A stretch of DNA of 52,821 nt. It comes from a virus. Where the stretch lies: positions 1 to 52,821 of IMG/VR virus record IMGVR_UViG_3300045988_133004; one strand, 5' to 3'. Shown here piece by piece: positions 7,977 to 16,381 of the stretch (its first letter is position 1; each line of letters opens with the position of its first letter). Under the pieces are notes generated by a model. It searched no databases, was not told the DNA's origin, and saw nothing but the letters and a program-made list of their open reading frames with translations. Position numbers and translations under genes: made by a program.

Positions 7977-8507
7977 ATGGGTGAAAATGCAACAAACACA
8001 GGAATGACTGGTTGGGGATTAATTATATTCCTTATCCTATTATTCTGGATGTTCACAGGTAATGGTTTTGGCGGTTTCTTCGGTAATCGTAATTGCGGTT
8101 GTCATGGTGTTTCTGGTTGTGAAATCGAAAAACAAGAAATTATTGACTCTGCACGTACTCAATATCTTGTCGAACAGACTGCACGACAAACACAGGACAT
8201 GACAAACGCTGGTTTAGCTGTTATTGGTAACAAAATCGACTTTTACGAATATCAAAACCTTCGCGACCAGTTAGCAGAAGCTAAAAACAAAAACTTAGCT
8301 TTAGAAAATCGTATCTATAGCGATAATAAATTTAACGCTATTGAACGTCAAAATGAAGGTATGTACACAAGTCTTAAACAGGAAATCGCTTCCTTAGGTT
8401 GCGAACTTCCTAAACGTCCTGCATACTATGCACAGGGCTATTTAAACTGTGGATACCCAATTCCTCCTGCTTCCGCATATACAACTTCTACATCTTGCGG
8501 TTGCTAA
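7977..8507 (+). CDS. membrane-anchored coiled-coil protein with Cys-rich termini
   Basis: RBS aggagg. TM helix WGLIIFLILLFWMF, then NCGCHGVSGC, a coiled coil, and C-terminal ..STSCGC. Confidence 0.6.
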   Translation: MGENATNTGMTGWGLIIFLILLFWMFTGNGFGGFFGNRNCGCHGVSGCEIEKQEIIDSARTQYLVEQTARQTQDMTNAGLAVIGNKIDFYEYQNLRDQLAEAKNKNLALENRIYSDNKFNAIERQNEGMYTSLKQEIASLGCELPKRPAYYAQGYLNCGYPIPPASAYTTSTSCGC

Positions 8508-8535
8508 ACGCTCCGTCATAAAGACGTGATTTTAT

Positions 8536-8562
8536 AGGCGGTGTAAAAACCGCCTTTTTTAT
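8536..8562 (+). terminator. rho-independent terminator
   Basis: aggcggt/accgcct stem followed by T6. Confidence 0.75.
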
Positions 8563-8585
8563 TTACAAGAAAGAGGTTTTATAAA

Positions 8586-8978
8586 ATGAGTTGTATTAAT
8601 AATTGTCAAGTATGTTCCAACTTAGTAGCTTCCACAGGTGTTGCTGTCAGTGGTTCTACGCTTCAAATTACTATTCCAACAATGAGCATTAACGATAATC
8701 AAAAAATCTGCTTATTAGTTGCTCAAGCTATCCCTAGTGGCGCAGGTGTTCTACCAGTACAAATTATTAATGGTTCCAACACTATAACATTACTCAACAA
8801 ATGTTGCAAACCTGTTTACGCTGACCAAATTAGAAGCAGACGTATTTATGTATTATGTGCTAATACTGCTACACCTTCTGCAACTGTTAAATCTAATAAC
8901 CTTTGCTGTACTTCTTTTGTAGCTCCACAATTAACAGGAACAGCAACAGCAACAGCACAACGAGGTATTAGACCATGA
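8586..8978 (+). CDS. cysteine-rich hypothetical protein
   Basis: RBS agaggt. 10 Cys including CINNCQVC, CC and LCC pairs. Confidence 0.6.
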   Translation: MSCINNCQVCSNLVASTGVAVSGSTLQITIPTMSINDNQKICLLVAQAIPSGAGVLPVQIINGSNTITLLNKCCKPVYADQIRSRRIYVLCANTATPSATVKSNNLCCTSFVAPQLTGTATATAQRGIRP

Positions 8979-9181
8979 ATAATAACGCTACAAGTTTTAT
9001 CTTAGGTATTGTGGCAGGTTATTTAGTATTTACGGAAACAGGTAAAAAGATAGTAAGTAATGTAGCTAATACTGCTGTATCTAGTGCAATGCCTATTTCT
9101 ACAAATGTGGTAAATGCTTTAACTAGTGCAGTAAATGGTGTTGCCACTCCTGCACCAACTAAGGGGGAAACTAAGAAATGA
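8975..9181 (+). CDS. small membrane protein
   Basis: ATGA overlap. TM helix SFILGIVAGYLVF. Confidence 0.5.
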   Translation: MNNNATSFILGIVAGYLVFTETGKKIVSNVANTAVSSAMPISTNVVNALTSAVNGVATPAPTKGETKK

Positions 9182-9693
9182 TAAGTACTAATGGTTGGAC
9201 AGACGAACTATTATTCAAAACTGTGCTAAATCATCAAATGAAAGGTATTATATTTCACAATGATATGATGACACTATATGAATTTTGTTCACTCCATAAG
9301 TATTCCCATAAACACAAAGTAAGAACAAAAGAGGAAATGGGAAACTTCATTAAAACCCAACGCTATTACATCAACAACTATAGCAAAATGCCAAAAATTG
9401 ATGGCAGTTCAAACACTTCTGTAATACCTTCTCAAGCTTATTCAGCCAACACAAAAGAAATCACGTATGATTATAGATGTAAAATGCTAAAAGAAAGCTT
9501 GAATAAATGGCTAGAGTGGGAAAAAGAAACAATGGAATTATATCTTGCTTGCTGTAGTTATGCTTTAACTAAACAGAAAAAAGATTATGTTTTATGGAAA
9601 AAACTATTAGAGGAAACTTCCGAAGAACACGATTGTATCTTAGAAGAAATTAGAAAACTACAGATGATTAGTTATGATGTAAAAGCATTATAA
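9178..9693 (+). CDS. hypothetical protein
   Basis: ATGA overlap. 171-aa helical-looking ORF. Confidence 0.55.
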   Translation: MISTNGWTDELLFKTVLNHQMKGIIFHNDMMTLYEFCSLHKYSHKHKVRTKEEMGNFIKTQRYYINNYSKMPKIDGSSNTSVIPSQAYSANTKEITYDYRCKMLKESLNKWLEWEKETMELYLACCSYALTKQKKDYVLWKKLLEETSEEHDCILEEIRKLQMISYDVKAL

Positions 9694-9700
9694 AAATTAA

Positions 9701-9735
9701 GGGCTGGCACTAATTAAAGTGTCAACCCTTTTTTA
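9701..9735. terminator. terminator between convergent genes
   Basis: gggctggcac/gtgtcaaccc imperfect stem followed by T6. Confidence 0.6.
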
Positions 9736-9740
9736 TTGCT

Positions 9741-10019
9741 CTATATAAAACTAGATATTATTTCTATTAAATCATAACCAATTAGCCAAGCAATAAAATA
9801 TAATGCACAAAACACAATCCCTATTTGAACTGCTATTTTTAAAACATCAAATATTAAACAAACAAACACTAAAAATAAAAATATAAAAAGTGTAAACGTT
9901 ATTAAAATTGCTTTTGTAATAAAATTATTATCGCTCAACAATGTTGCGTATATATTTCTAATTAAGAAATCAACTACACTATCATTTTCTTTATCTCCGT
10001 TTATTTGAATATGGCACAT
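9741..10019 (-). CDS. membrane protein
   Basis: Two long hydrophobic helices. Confidence 0.5.
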   Translation of the reverse strand: MCHIQINGDKENDSVVDFLIRNIYATLLSDNNFITKAILITFTLFIFLFLVFVCLIFDVLKIAVQIGIVFCALYFIAWLIGYDLIEIISSFI

Positions 10020-10031
10020 TTTATCACCTCA

Positions 10032-10418
10032 TCAAAACGGAATTTCTTCGTTTTGTGCAGTACCAAATGAATTAAATTTAGGTGGCATTTGTTGTACTGT
10101 TTGCATTTGCTGTTGGATATCGTTTTTACTGCCCATAAATTCTACATTATAGGCTACAACTTCAGTAACAGTTTTCTTACTTCCGCTACTATCTTCATAG
10201 CTTCGAGAACTTAATTCTCCATCAACAAGAACCTTACTTCCTTTACCTAAATTATTAGCACATATTTCAGCTAATTTTTCCCAAACAACAACATTAAAGA
10301 AATTAACGTTGTCTTTTTTGTTTACTGCTAAACTGAAATTTGCAACGCATTTTCCAGTCTGTGTATATCTTACATCAACATCTTTGGTCAAACGACCACT
10401 TAAAATAACTTTATTCAT
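10032..10418 (-). CDS. ssb: single-stranded DNA-binding protein
   Basis: MNKVILSGRLTKDVDVRYTQTGKCVANFSLAV.. OB-fold signature and acidic tail ..NEEIPF. RBS aaggaag before ATG at 10418. Confidence 0.85.
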   Translation of the reverse strand: MNKVILSGRLTKDVDVRYTQTGKCVANFSLAVNKKDNVNFFNVVVWEKLAEICANNLGKGSKVLVDGELSSRSYEDSSGSKKTVTEVVAYNVEFMGSKNDIQQQMQTVQQMPPKFNSFGTAQNEEIPF

Positions 10419-10699
10419 TATTATTCTTCCTTTCGTTATACATATGATAAATTCTATTATCAGCTTCTTTAGCTGTTTTACACATAGCAAATATAAAAAA
10501 ATAAGCTATGCAGAATATAAAAGCAATTAAAGCTACAAGCATAAAATCACCCCATAAATATTAGACTAGCACCAATAACTACAAAACAGCCACATAACTT
10601 GCTACAAAATAATAGTAAGTCTTTTTCATTTTCTAATTGTTCCTGCTCATATCTTGTTGGCATTCTTCTAATAATATCTTTATTCATTTTAACACCTCC

Positions 10700-11023
10700 T
10701 TAATTATAATCTTCTATTTCACATTCTTTTATTATACCACATTCTATAAGTTTTAGCAATATACTAGGCAAATAATAACATGTATAAGTTTTAGTATAAC
10801 AAATCAAATCTTGATAAATATATACATCTGGACTCAATTCAAGAAATTCTAATATATATTTATCTTCTTGTTTTCTTATTGCTATATAGGTATTAGTGTC
10901 ATATTCATAAGCTATAGCACTAAAAGCTTTTTCTCCAACTTCATTATATAAAGTTATATTCTTAAATCCAAAATCATCTATCAATCTATTAATATATTTT
11001 TCATCTATCATTAAGGCTTTCAT
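10700..11023 (-). CDS. hypothetical protein
   Basis: Co-oriented ORF in the replication operon. Confidence 0.5.
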   Translation of the reverse strand: MKALMIDEKYINRLIDDFGFKNITLYNEVGEKAFSAIAYEYDTNTYIAIRKQEDKYILEFLELSPDVYIYQDLICYTKTYTCYYLPSILLKLIECGIIKECEIEDYN

Positions 11024-11318
11024 TTAATCTTTCCTCCTCCAACTTTTCAATAAGTCTAAATAGTAAAGCCATTGTCTGAAAGGCTTCGTTCTCAATTTTA
11101 TAAACTCCGCCTAACTCTGGCTTAGTTATATATTTACTAGGTAAGCACGTTTCATTTAAAGCTTGAGCTGTTTCACCTAGTTCCTCTAAAGCAAGCCCTA
11201 AGAATTGATGTGGGGTGAGTTCTTTTTCCTTACCCCATTGTCTTTCTTGTCTTTCAACTTCAACAAGTATTCTATTTAATATAGCTTTCCTGTTTCCTTC
11301 TCTTGTAATATATATCAT
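11001..11318 (-). CDS. MazG-like nucleotide pyrophosphohydrolase (tentative)
   Basis: LGLALEELGETAQALNE resembles the MazG EExxE metal-binding helix. Confidence 0.4.
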   Translation of the reverse strand: MIYITREGNRKAILNRILVEVERQERQWGKEKELTPHQFLGLALEELGETAQALNETCLPSKYITKPELGGVYKIENEAFQTMALLFRLIEKLEEERLNESLNDR

Positions 11319-11322
11319 GTTA

Positions 11323-11532
11323 TCACCATCTATTTTTAAAATAATTGTTTTTCTTCTTTCCTTTGTTAAATGCCTTGTCTATGTCTTGCTTGTCAACAAA
11401 TTTTGGACACCATCTATCACGTTGATAAATACAAACATTATTATTTTCAAGAAGAAGCTCAAGCTCTAAATCACCCATTGATGTATATTCTTTTGCTTCT
11501 TTCCAACTTAAATATCTTTTTTCCATTTTCAT
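11323..11532 (-). CDS. excisionase-family (HTH_17-like) DNA-binding protein
   Basis: RYLSWKEAKEYTSMGDLELELLLENNNV...FVDKQDIDKAF fits the Xis/AlpA-type HTH pattern. Confidence 0.45.
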   Translation of the reverse strand: MKMEKRYLSWKEAKEYTSMGDLELELLLENNNVCIYQRDRWCPKFVDKQDIDKAFNKGKKKNNYFKNRW

Positions 11533-11774
11533 TTCTCCTTCACTAAATCCATGTATTCATCTACATCTTCACCATAGAACAGTAATAGATGTTCTATATT
11601 ATCGTATCTGAATACTAGATTATCAATATATATCATATCTACTGTTTTATTGAAATAGTCAATAAAATCCGTCAAGAACCTGCTGATATTTGATATTGGT
11701 ATTTCAATAAACATAATTTTATTTTTTCTAGTTATCTTATACTTAGATAACTTTTTATATATTTCTTTATTCAT
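11529..11774 (-). CDS. hypothetical protein
   Basis: ATGA-coupled ORF. Confidence 0.5.
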   Translation of the reverse strand: MNKEIYKKLSKYKITRKNKIMFIEIPISNISRFLTDFIDYFNKTVDMIYIDNLVFRYDNIEHLLLFYGEDVDEYMDLVKEK

Positions 11775-12170
11775 TTAATATACCTCGTAGAAGTCTACAT
11801 CTGGATATTTCTTCAAAAACATCTTTTTCTTTATTCTGTAAACCTCATCTTGAAATTTTTTGCTTGACTTTACGTCAATAACTATTTCCTTACCACTTTT
11901 AAACACCACTTTAAAATCAGCAGTATAAGTAGTATCTCTTAGTTTTCCACATATTTGATTATGTTCAAAACCGCTTGATTTAGCTTCTAAAGGATTTTCT
12001 TTTGCTTCATGTCTAAACCCTTCAATTAATAAAAAACGTGGCTGTAATTCTATTTCTTTTATATCGCCAGCATTTTTTAATGCTAAAAGATATTGATAGT
12101 ATTTACATTCCTTTTTGCTGTCAAATTTAATTCCATTGAATATAACTTTTTTACTTCTTACTTTTGTCAA
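11775..12170 (-). CDS. DUF1064 family protein (PD-(D/E)XK-like, putative resolvase)
   Basis: TTG start after aggagg. FDSKKECKYYQYLLALKNAGDIKEIELQPRF...YTADFKV...IDVKS matches DUF1064. Confidence 0.65.
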   Translation of the reverse strand: MTKVRSKKVIFNGIKFDSKKECKYYQYLLALKNAGDIKEIELQPRFLLIEGFRHEAKENPLEAKSSGFEHNQICGKLRDTTYTADFKVVFKSGKEIVIDVKSSKKFQDEVYRIKKKMFLKKYPDVDFYEVY

Positions 12171-12356
12171 TTATTTTCCTCCTAAACAATAAGCATACTA
12201 GTTCGCCCAACTATTCTAGGTTCATTTGCGTCCATTACTTTTTTTTCCTAGATAAGAAGCCATAAATTTAATCTTATTTATATCAGGATACCATTTCTTG
12301 ACTTCCCCATAAGATAACCCTGTTTCTTTGGATATCTTATTTATTTCATTTAAAAG

Positions 12357-13112
12357 TTAGTTTCCATTTATTTTTTCAATCTTAACTTTTAACTTTTCTT
12401 CTTTCTTTCTTCTTTTCCTTTCTCTTTCTTTTCTGTATCTTTCAACAGCCCTATCTTTATTTTTTTTCATTCTTCTTTCATTAGCTTCTATTTTACATTT
12501 GTCAGAGCAGTAATGAATATAATGTCTATTAGGTTCAAATAATTTTCCACAGATACCGCATACCTCTATTCTAGGTATTTTGTTTCTTTTGTTAGCGTTT
12601 TTAACTCTGCATTCTTCCGAGCAAAATTTCTGGAATGGTCTATTTTTAATAAAAACCTTTCCACATTCTTGGCAAGTTTCTTTTTCTTTTGGTCTACTGT
12701 CTATTTCTTTAGCTCGTTTTTCTCTTTTTAGTTCTACTATGTTTTTTACTTTTTCTTTATAGTTTGTGTATACAATATTTCTGCATTCATCACTACAATA
12801 TTTCACGCAAATATTATTAGTGATAAACTCTTTACCACATAATGCACATTTCTTTACAATTTCTTTAGCTCTTTTTTGCTTTAACTGGTGGTTTCTTTGT
12901 ACACATTTATTACTACAAAAAACTTTATCTGCTCTGTGTGCTATAAATTTTTCTCCACACATTAGGCAAACACGCTCAAATGAATTTGCATTATTTCTTT
13001 TTATCCAGCTTCCTTCATATCTACATTCAGGACTGCAATATTTAGCGTACCCTGTACCGTCAAATTCTTTACCGCAAAATTCACATTTTTTAATTATGAT
13101 TTTTTCTCCTTT
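12357..13112 (-). CDS. tandem FCS/TRASH-type zinc-ribbon repeat protein (5 repeats), no canonical start
   Basis: Frame open from 13112. Five C-x2-C-G-K/E-x-F...(Y/F)-C-S-x2-C units. First ATG (12962) lies inside the second CxxC motif. Confidence 0.6.
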   Translation of the reverse strand, partial: KGEKIIIKKCEFCGKEFDGTGYAKYCSPECRYEGSWIKRNNANSFERVCLMCGEKFIAHRADKVFCSNKCVQRNHQLKQKRAKEIVKKCALCGKEFITNNICVKYCSDECRNIVYTNYKEKVKNIVELKREKRAKEIDSRPKEKETCQECGKVFIKNRPFQKFCSEECRVKNANKRNKIPRIEVCGICGKLFEPNRHYIHYCSDKCKIEANERRMKKNKDRAVERYRKERERKRRKKEEKLKVKIEKINGN

Positions 13113-13348
13113 CTAGCTAGACTAATTCTTTTATATCTAGCCTTCATTCTGCACTCATAACCACAGTATAGAGTGCTTTTCTTATGTGCAATAACTTCTT
13201 TACCACATATTGCACATCTTATTTTAAACTCTACTTTTGGCTTTTTATTAGCCATCTTAGAGCATTCAGAAGAACAATATTTATTTAATGGCACTGTAGG
13301 CTTAAACATCTTGCCACAGTATGCACATTGTTTTTCTTTTAAATCCAT
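13094..13348 (-). CDS. FCS/TRASH-type zinc-ribbon repeat protein (2 repeats)
   Basis: CAYCGKMF..KYCSSEC and CAICGKEV..LYCGYEC. Ends in an A6 tract one frame away from the next ORF. Confidence 0.65.
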   Translation of the reverse strand: MDLKEKQCAYCGKMFKPTVPLNKYCSSECSKMANKKPKVEFKIRCAICGKEVIAHKKSTLYCGYECRMKARYKRISLARKEKKS

Positions 13349-13379
13349 ACTACACCTTCTTTCTTTATCTTATACATAT

Positions 13380-13408
13380 ATTATAACATAACATTCAAAT
13401 AAATGCAA
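13380..13408 (-). promoter_or_regulatory. SigA-type promoter, leftward (TTGCAT-17-TATAAT)
   Basis: Reverse complement reads ttgcatttatttgaatgttatgttataat. Confidence 0.65.
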
Positions 13409-13440
13409 TAAAAAAAGACCTAGAATTTTAATCTAGGTCA
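13409..13440 (-). terminator. terminator after dnaB
   Basis: gacctaga/tctaggtc stem followed by a T-run on the minus strand. Confidence 0.7.
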
Positions 13441-13446
13441 ATAATT

Positions 13447-14778
13447 TTATCTATTTTTTTCTAAATCAGCGAAAGCACAAAATTCTTTATGATAATACAT
13501 TTTGACTGTTCCTGTAGCTCCTTTTCTGTGCTTAGATATAATAACCTCTGCAATGTTTTTATCTTGACTGTTTTCGTTATAATATTCATCACGATATAAG
13601 AACATTATTACATCTGCGTCCTGTTCTATCGCTCCACTCTCACGAATGTCTGACATTATAGGGCGTTTGTCTTGTCTTGCTTCTAGTCCTCTACTTAATT
13701 GAGATAAAGCAATAATTGGGATATCTAGTTCACGAGCCAATAATTTCAACTGTCTTGATATTTCAGACACTTCTTGCTGTTTATTTTCAGTGCGTCTATC
13801 ACCTGCCATAAGTTGCAGGTAATCAATAATTATTAACTGTATATCTTTCTCTCTTTTTAATCTTCTAGACCTTCTTTTCAATATCTGTGGTGTTAAATAT
13901 GGTTCATCATTAACATATAAAGGCGATTTAGATAACATATCAAAAGCCTTTGTTAATCTTTCCCAATCCTTATTATTTAAGTTTCCCTCTCTAATCTTTT
14001 GCAGGTCAGTACAACCTAAAGCACCTAGTAACCTTTCATCTAATTGTTGCTTACTCATTTCTAAACTAAATATTGCTACAGGCTTATTAAACTTAACAGC
14101 ACATTTAGTGGCTATATTTAAAGCAAACGCTGTTTTACCCATTGCAGGTCTAGCTCCTAATATAACTAAGTCAGACTTTTGAAATCCACCTAGTATTTTG
14201 TTTAAATCTTTATATCCTGTATCAACTCCTAAGCATTTGCCTTCTTCATGGTTATTTGAACGTTCTTCAAGTGATTTAAATGTTTCCATCATTCTAGCCA
14301 TTGGCTCTTGTATTGTATCGTCGTTGCTTGAACTTTTGGATATATCAAACATTATCTTTTCTGCTTCGGCTAAGGTTTCGTTGATGTCTTTACTTTCTGT
14401 TGCAAGCCCTGTTATAAGGTTACCTGCATTAAAAAGCTTTCTTTGAATAGATTTTTCTTTAACTATGTTAGCATAATTAACACAGTTCTTAAAAGATGGA
14501 ACATAATTACATAAATTAGTGATATAAGCTATTCCTCCTACTTTTTCAAGTTTATTATTTTTTTGCAATTGTTCTATCAAGGTAACACTATCTATATTAA
14601 TGTTTTTCTTATATAGTTCAATCATTGAATTATATATGTCTTTGTGTGCTGTTCTGTAAAAATCGTCCGAACTTATAACGCTTGTTATTTCGTCCATAAC
14701 TTCTAAGCTAGATATTAGTATACTTCCTAATACACTGCTTTCTGCTTCAATATTATAAGGTGTCATTTCTTTAGTCAT
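13447..14778 (-). CDS. dnaB: replicative DNA helicase, DnaB family
   Basis: N-terminal PYNIEAESSVLGSIL, Walker A GARPAMGKT, IIDYLQLM, SQLSR, and arginine-finger region. Confidence 0.9.
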   Translation of the reverse strand: MTKEMTPYNIEAESSVLGSILISSLEVMDEITSVISSDDFYRTAHKDIYNSMIELYKKNINIDSVTLIEQLQKNNKLEKVGGIAYITNLCNYVPSFKNCVNYANIVKEKSIQRKLFNAGNLITGLATESKDINETLAEAEKIMFDISKSSSNDDTIQEPMARMMETFKSLEERSNNHEEGKCLGVDTGYKDLNKILGGFQKSDLVILGARPAMGKTAFALNIATKCAVKFNKPVAIFSLEMSKQQLDERLLGALGCTDLQKIREGNLNNKDWERLTKAFDMLSKSPLYVNDEPYLTPQILKRRSRRLKREKDIQLIIIDYLQLMAGDRRTENKQQEVSEISRQLKLLARELDIPIIALSQLSRGLEARQDKRPIMSDIRESGAIEQDADVIMFLYRDEYYNENSQDKNIAEVIISKHRKGATGTVKMYYHKEFCAFADLEKNR

Positions 14779-14779
14779 T

Positions 14780-15085
14780 TTAATTATCTCCTTTACATTT
14801 GCTACATATTATTTCATTATCATTTATAAATGTGGCTTCATCTTCAAATGTTATCTCACCACATTTACTGCAAACATAGCCCCAGCCATTATCAAAGAAA
14901 TCTTTTATCTTGATATCTTCTATACATTTAAATTTATCTGCCCATTTCACCCTATAAACTTTTACATCTGTGAATGGTATTCCTTCTTTACAAGCTATAT
15001 AATATTTAGCCTTCCCTGCTGTTTCACACCATACAATATCGTCAAAACCTGTATCGTCATTGTGCCAAGCATAAGCTTTTATCAT
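14780..15085 (-). CDS. hypothetical protein with C-terminal CxxC..CxxC
   Basis: RBS gggaggg before ATG at 15085. CSKCGE...CSKCKG. Confidence 0.5.
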   Translation of the reverse strand: MIKAYAWHNDDTGFDDIVWCETAGKAKYYIACKEGIPFTDVKVYRVKWADKFKCIEDIKIKDFFDNGWGYVCSKCGEITFEDEATFINDNEIICSKCKGDN

Positions 15086-15279
15086 TATAAACCCTCCCAT
15101 AAATTTATTGTTGTATATTTATTAATTTTATATTTATCACACCAGCAATCAAGAATACTATCGTCTTTGCGTTGATGTTCTATCATTTCGTTAGCTAGTT
15201 CTTCACTAAAGAATACACCGTATACAATGACGTCAATTCCGCCTTTATCGGCGAATACAATATAAATATATTTTTCCAT
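15085..15279 (-). CDS. hypothetical protein
   Basis: RBS gggagtg before ATG at 15279. Confidence 0.5.
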   Translation of the reverse strand: MEKYIYIVFADKGGIDVIVYGVFFSEELANEMIEHQRKDDSILDCWCDKYKINKYTTINLWEGL

Positions 15280-15291
15280 TATTATCACTCC

Positions 15292-15582
15292 CTAAAACGT
15301 AATTTCTATTTCTTTAAATGTTGCGTCGTATTCTTCAATTTTATTTTCTGACAGCAACTTATAACAATATAATCTATAATCAATATTTTTATCCAGCTCT
15401 AATCCATATGTTTTTTCTTCGTCAGAATACTCAAGCTCTTTATAATTGATATAATTTAGCTTGTAATCAATCATCACGGCTTTAATATCTGTATCTTTGT
15501 AATAAGAAGCAACCAAAGTGCCATACTTACCATTATATTTTACTCTCGCCAATCCTGCTCCGCTTTCTTCTCTGTTAATCAT
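15292..15582 (-). CDS. hypothetical protein
   Basis: RBS aggagg 7 nt before ATG at 15582. Confidence 0.5.
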   Translation of the reverse strand: MINREESGAGLARVKYNGKYGTLVASYYKDTDIKAVMIDYKLNYINYKELEYSDEEKTYGLELDKNIDYRLYCYKLLSENKIEEYDATFKEIEITF

Positions 15583-15604
15583 TTTAAATCCTCCTAAAAT
15601 CGTC

Positions 15605-16381
15605 TTAAAACCATTCAAAATCTTTGGACGGCTCCTTATATTCATCTTGTTTTTTCTCCTCTATATGGGGCTGTGGTTGGCTCACAGTGGCGAGTTCATC
15701 TTCCCAACGTCTACCATTTAACCATGTAGAAGGATATGGGATATATTGCCCTCCGTTTTTCTGCCAATCATAAGAATTTTTAGCTTGTGAGAGTGAAGCC
15801 ATCATCTTATCAAATAGTTTAACATCTACATTTAATTTTGTAAATGCTTTCTTAGAAGATTGCTTATCTCTCTTTTTTGGGTATTCTGCCCAAAACTTAT
15901 CGAATAGCTCGTTATTTTGTTGTTCTTTCTTAACCTTCTTAGTTTCTTCTTTTGTACCCTTATCGTCAGATGAGGATATATTATTTGTATTATTCATACT
16001 TGTATTATTATGTGCGAAGTTTTCTTCATGGGATGGGGTGAAGTTTTCTTCATGGGGGTATGAAGTTTTCTTCATGGTATCAGCAAAATTGTTATCACAG
16101 ATATATAAATATCTACGCTCTGACTCAACATTCTTATTTATTACTGATTTAGATTTTATATATCCTTTATTTACTAGTTGCTTTAACCAAGTTTGTATAG
16201 AACGTGCAGAAACGCTGTATAATTTTGCGAAGTAGTTATTTGTAGCCCAACAATAGCCTTCTTTGTTACATAATGCAGTTATTTCTCCATAAAGAAGTTT
16301 AGCATTGGCTGACAAATCTTTATCGTATCTCACGTTAGCTGGTATTATGGCATAGTAAGAAGGATTTTCATTATTATTCAT
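15605..16381 (-). CDS. replication initiator / replisome organizer (N-terminal winged HTH, DnaD-like C-terminal region)
   Basis: YYAIIPANVRYDKDLSANAKLLYGEITALCNKEGYCWATNNYFAKLYSVSARSIQTWLKQL is a typical phage replication-protein N-terminus. FDKFWAEYPKKRDK is a DnaD/phage replication motif. Confidence 0.7.
   Translation of the reverse strand: MNNNENPSYYAIIPANVRYDKDLSANAKLLYGEITALCNKEGYCWATNNYFAKLYSVSARSIQTWLKQLVNKGYIKSKSVINKNVESERRYLYICDNNFADTMKKTSYPHEENFTPSHEENFAHNNTSMNNTNNISSSDDKGTKEETKKVKKEQQNNELFDKFWAEYPKKRDKQSSKKAFTKLNVDVKLFDKMMASLSQAKNSYDWQKNGGQYIPYPSTWLNGRRWEDELATVSQPQPHIEEKKQDEYKEPSKDFEWF
16016..16077. repeat. three direct copies of gaagttttcttcatgg (iteron-like), inside the initiator gene
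   Basis: Copies start at 16016, 16040 and 16062. Each contains GAAG-N4-CTTC dyad arms. Confidence 0.6.

Noticed and set aside
8517-8527. Additional copies of the AAGACGT / ACGTCTT core: 8520 region, 18910, 31388, 41150, 43430
   Set aside because: A 7-mer is expected several times by chance in about 105 kb of two-strand sequence. These copies lie mostly inside coding regions without flanking similarity. Only the 14-mer pair at 17334/17409, and tentatively the 9-mer at 7253-61, are considered meaningful.
10410-10689. Two very small hydrophobic ORFs upstream of ssb, about 46 aa (MNKDIIRRMPTRYEQ..) and about 43 aa (MLVALIAFIFCIAYFF..)
   Set aside because: They are plausible small membrane proteins, co-oriented with an overlapping stop/start with ssb. 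They are too short and too weakly supported (weak RBS, my own hand translation) to list as features.
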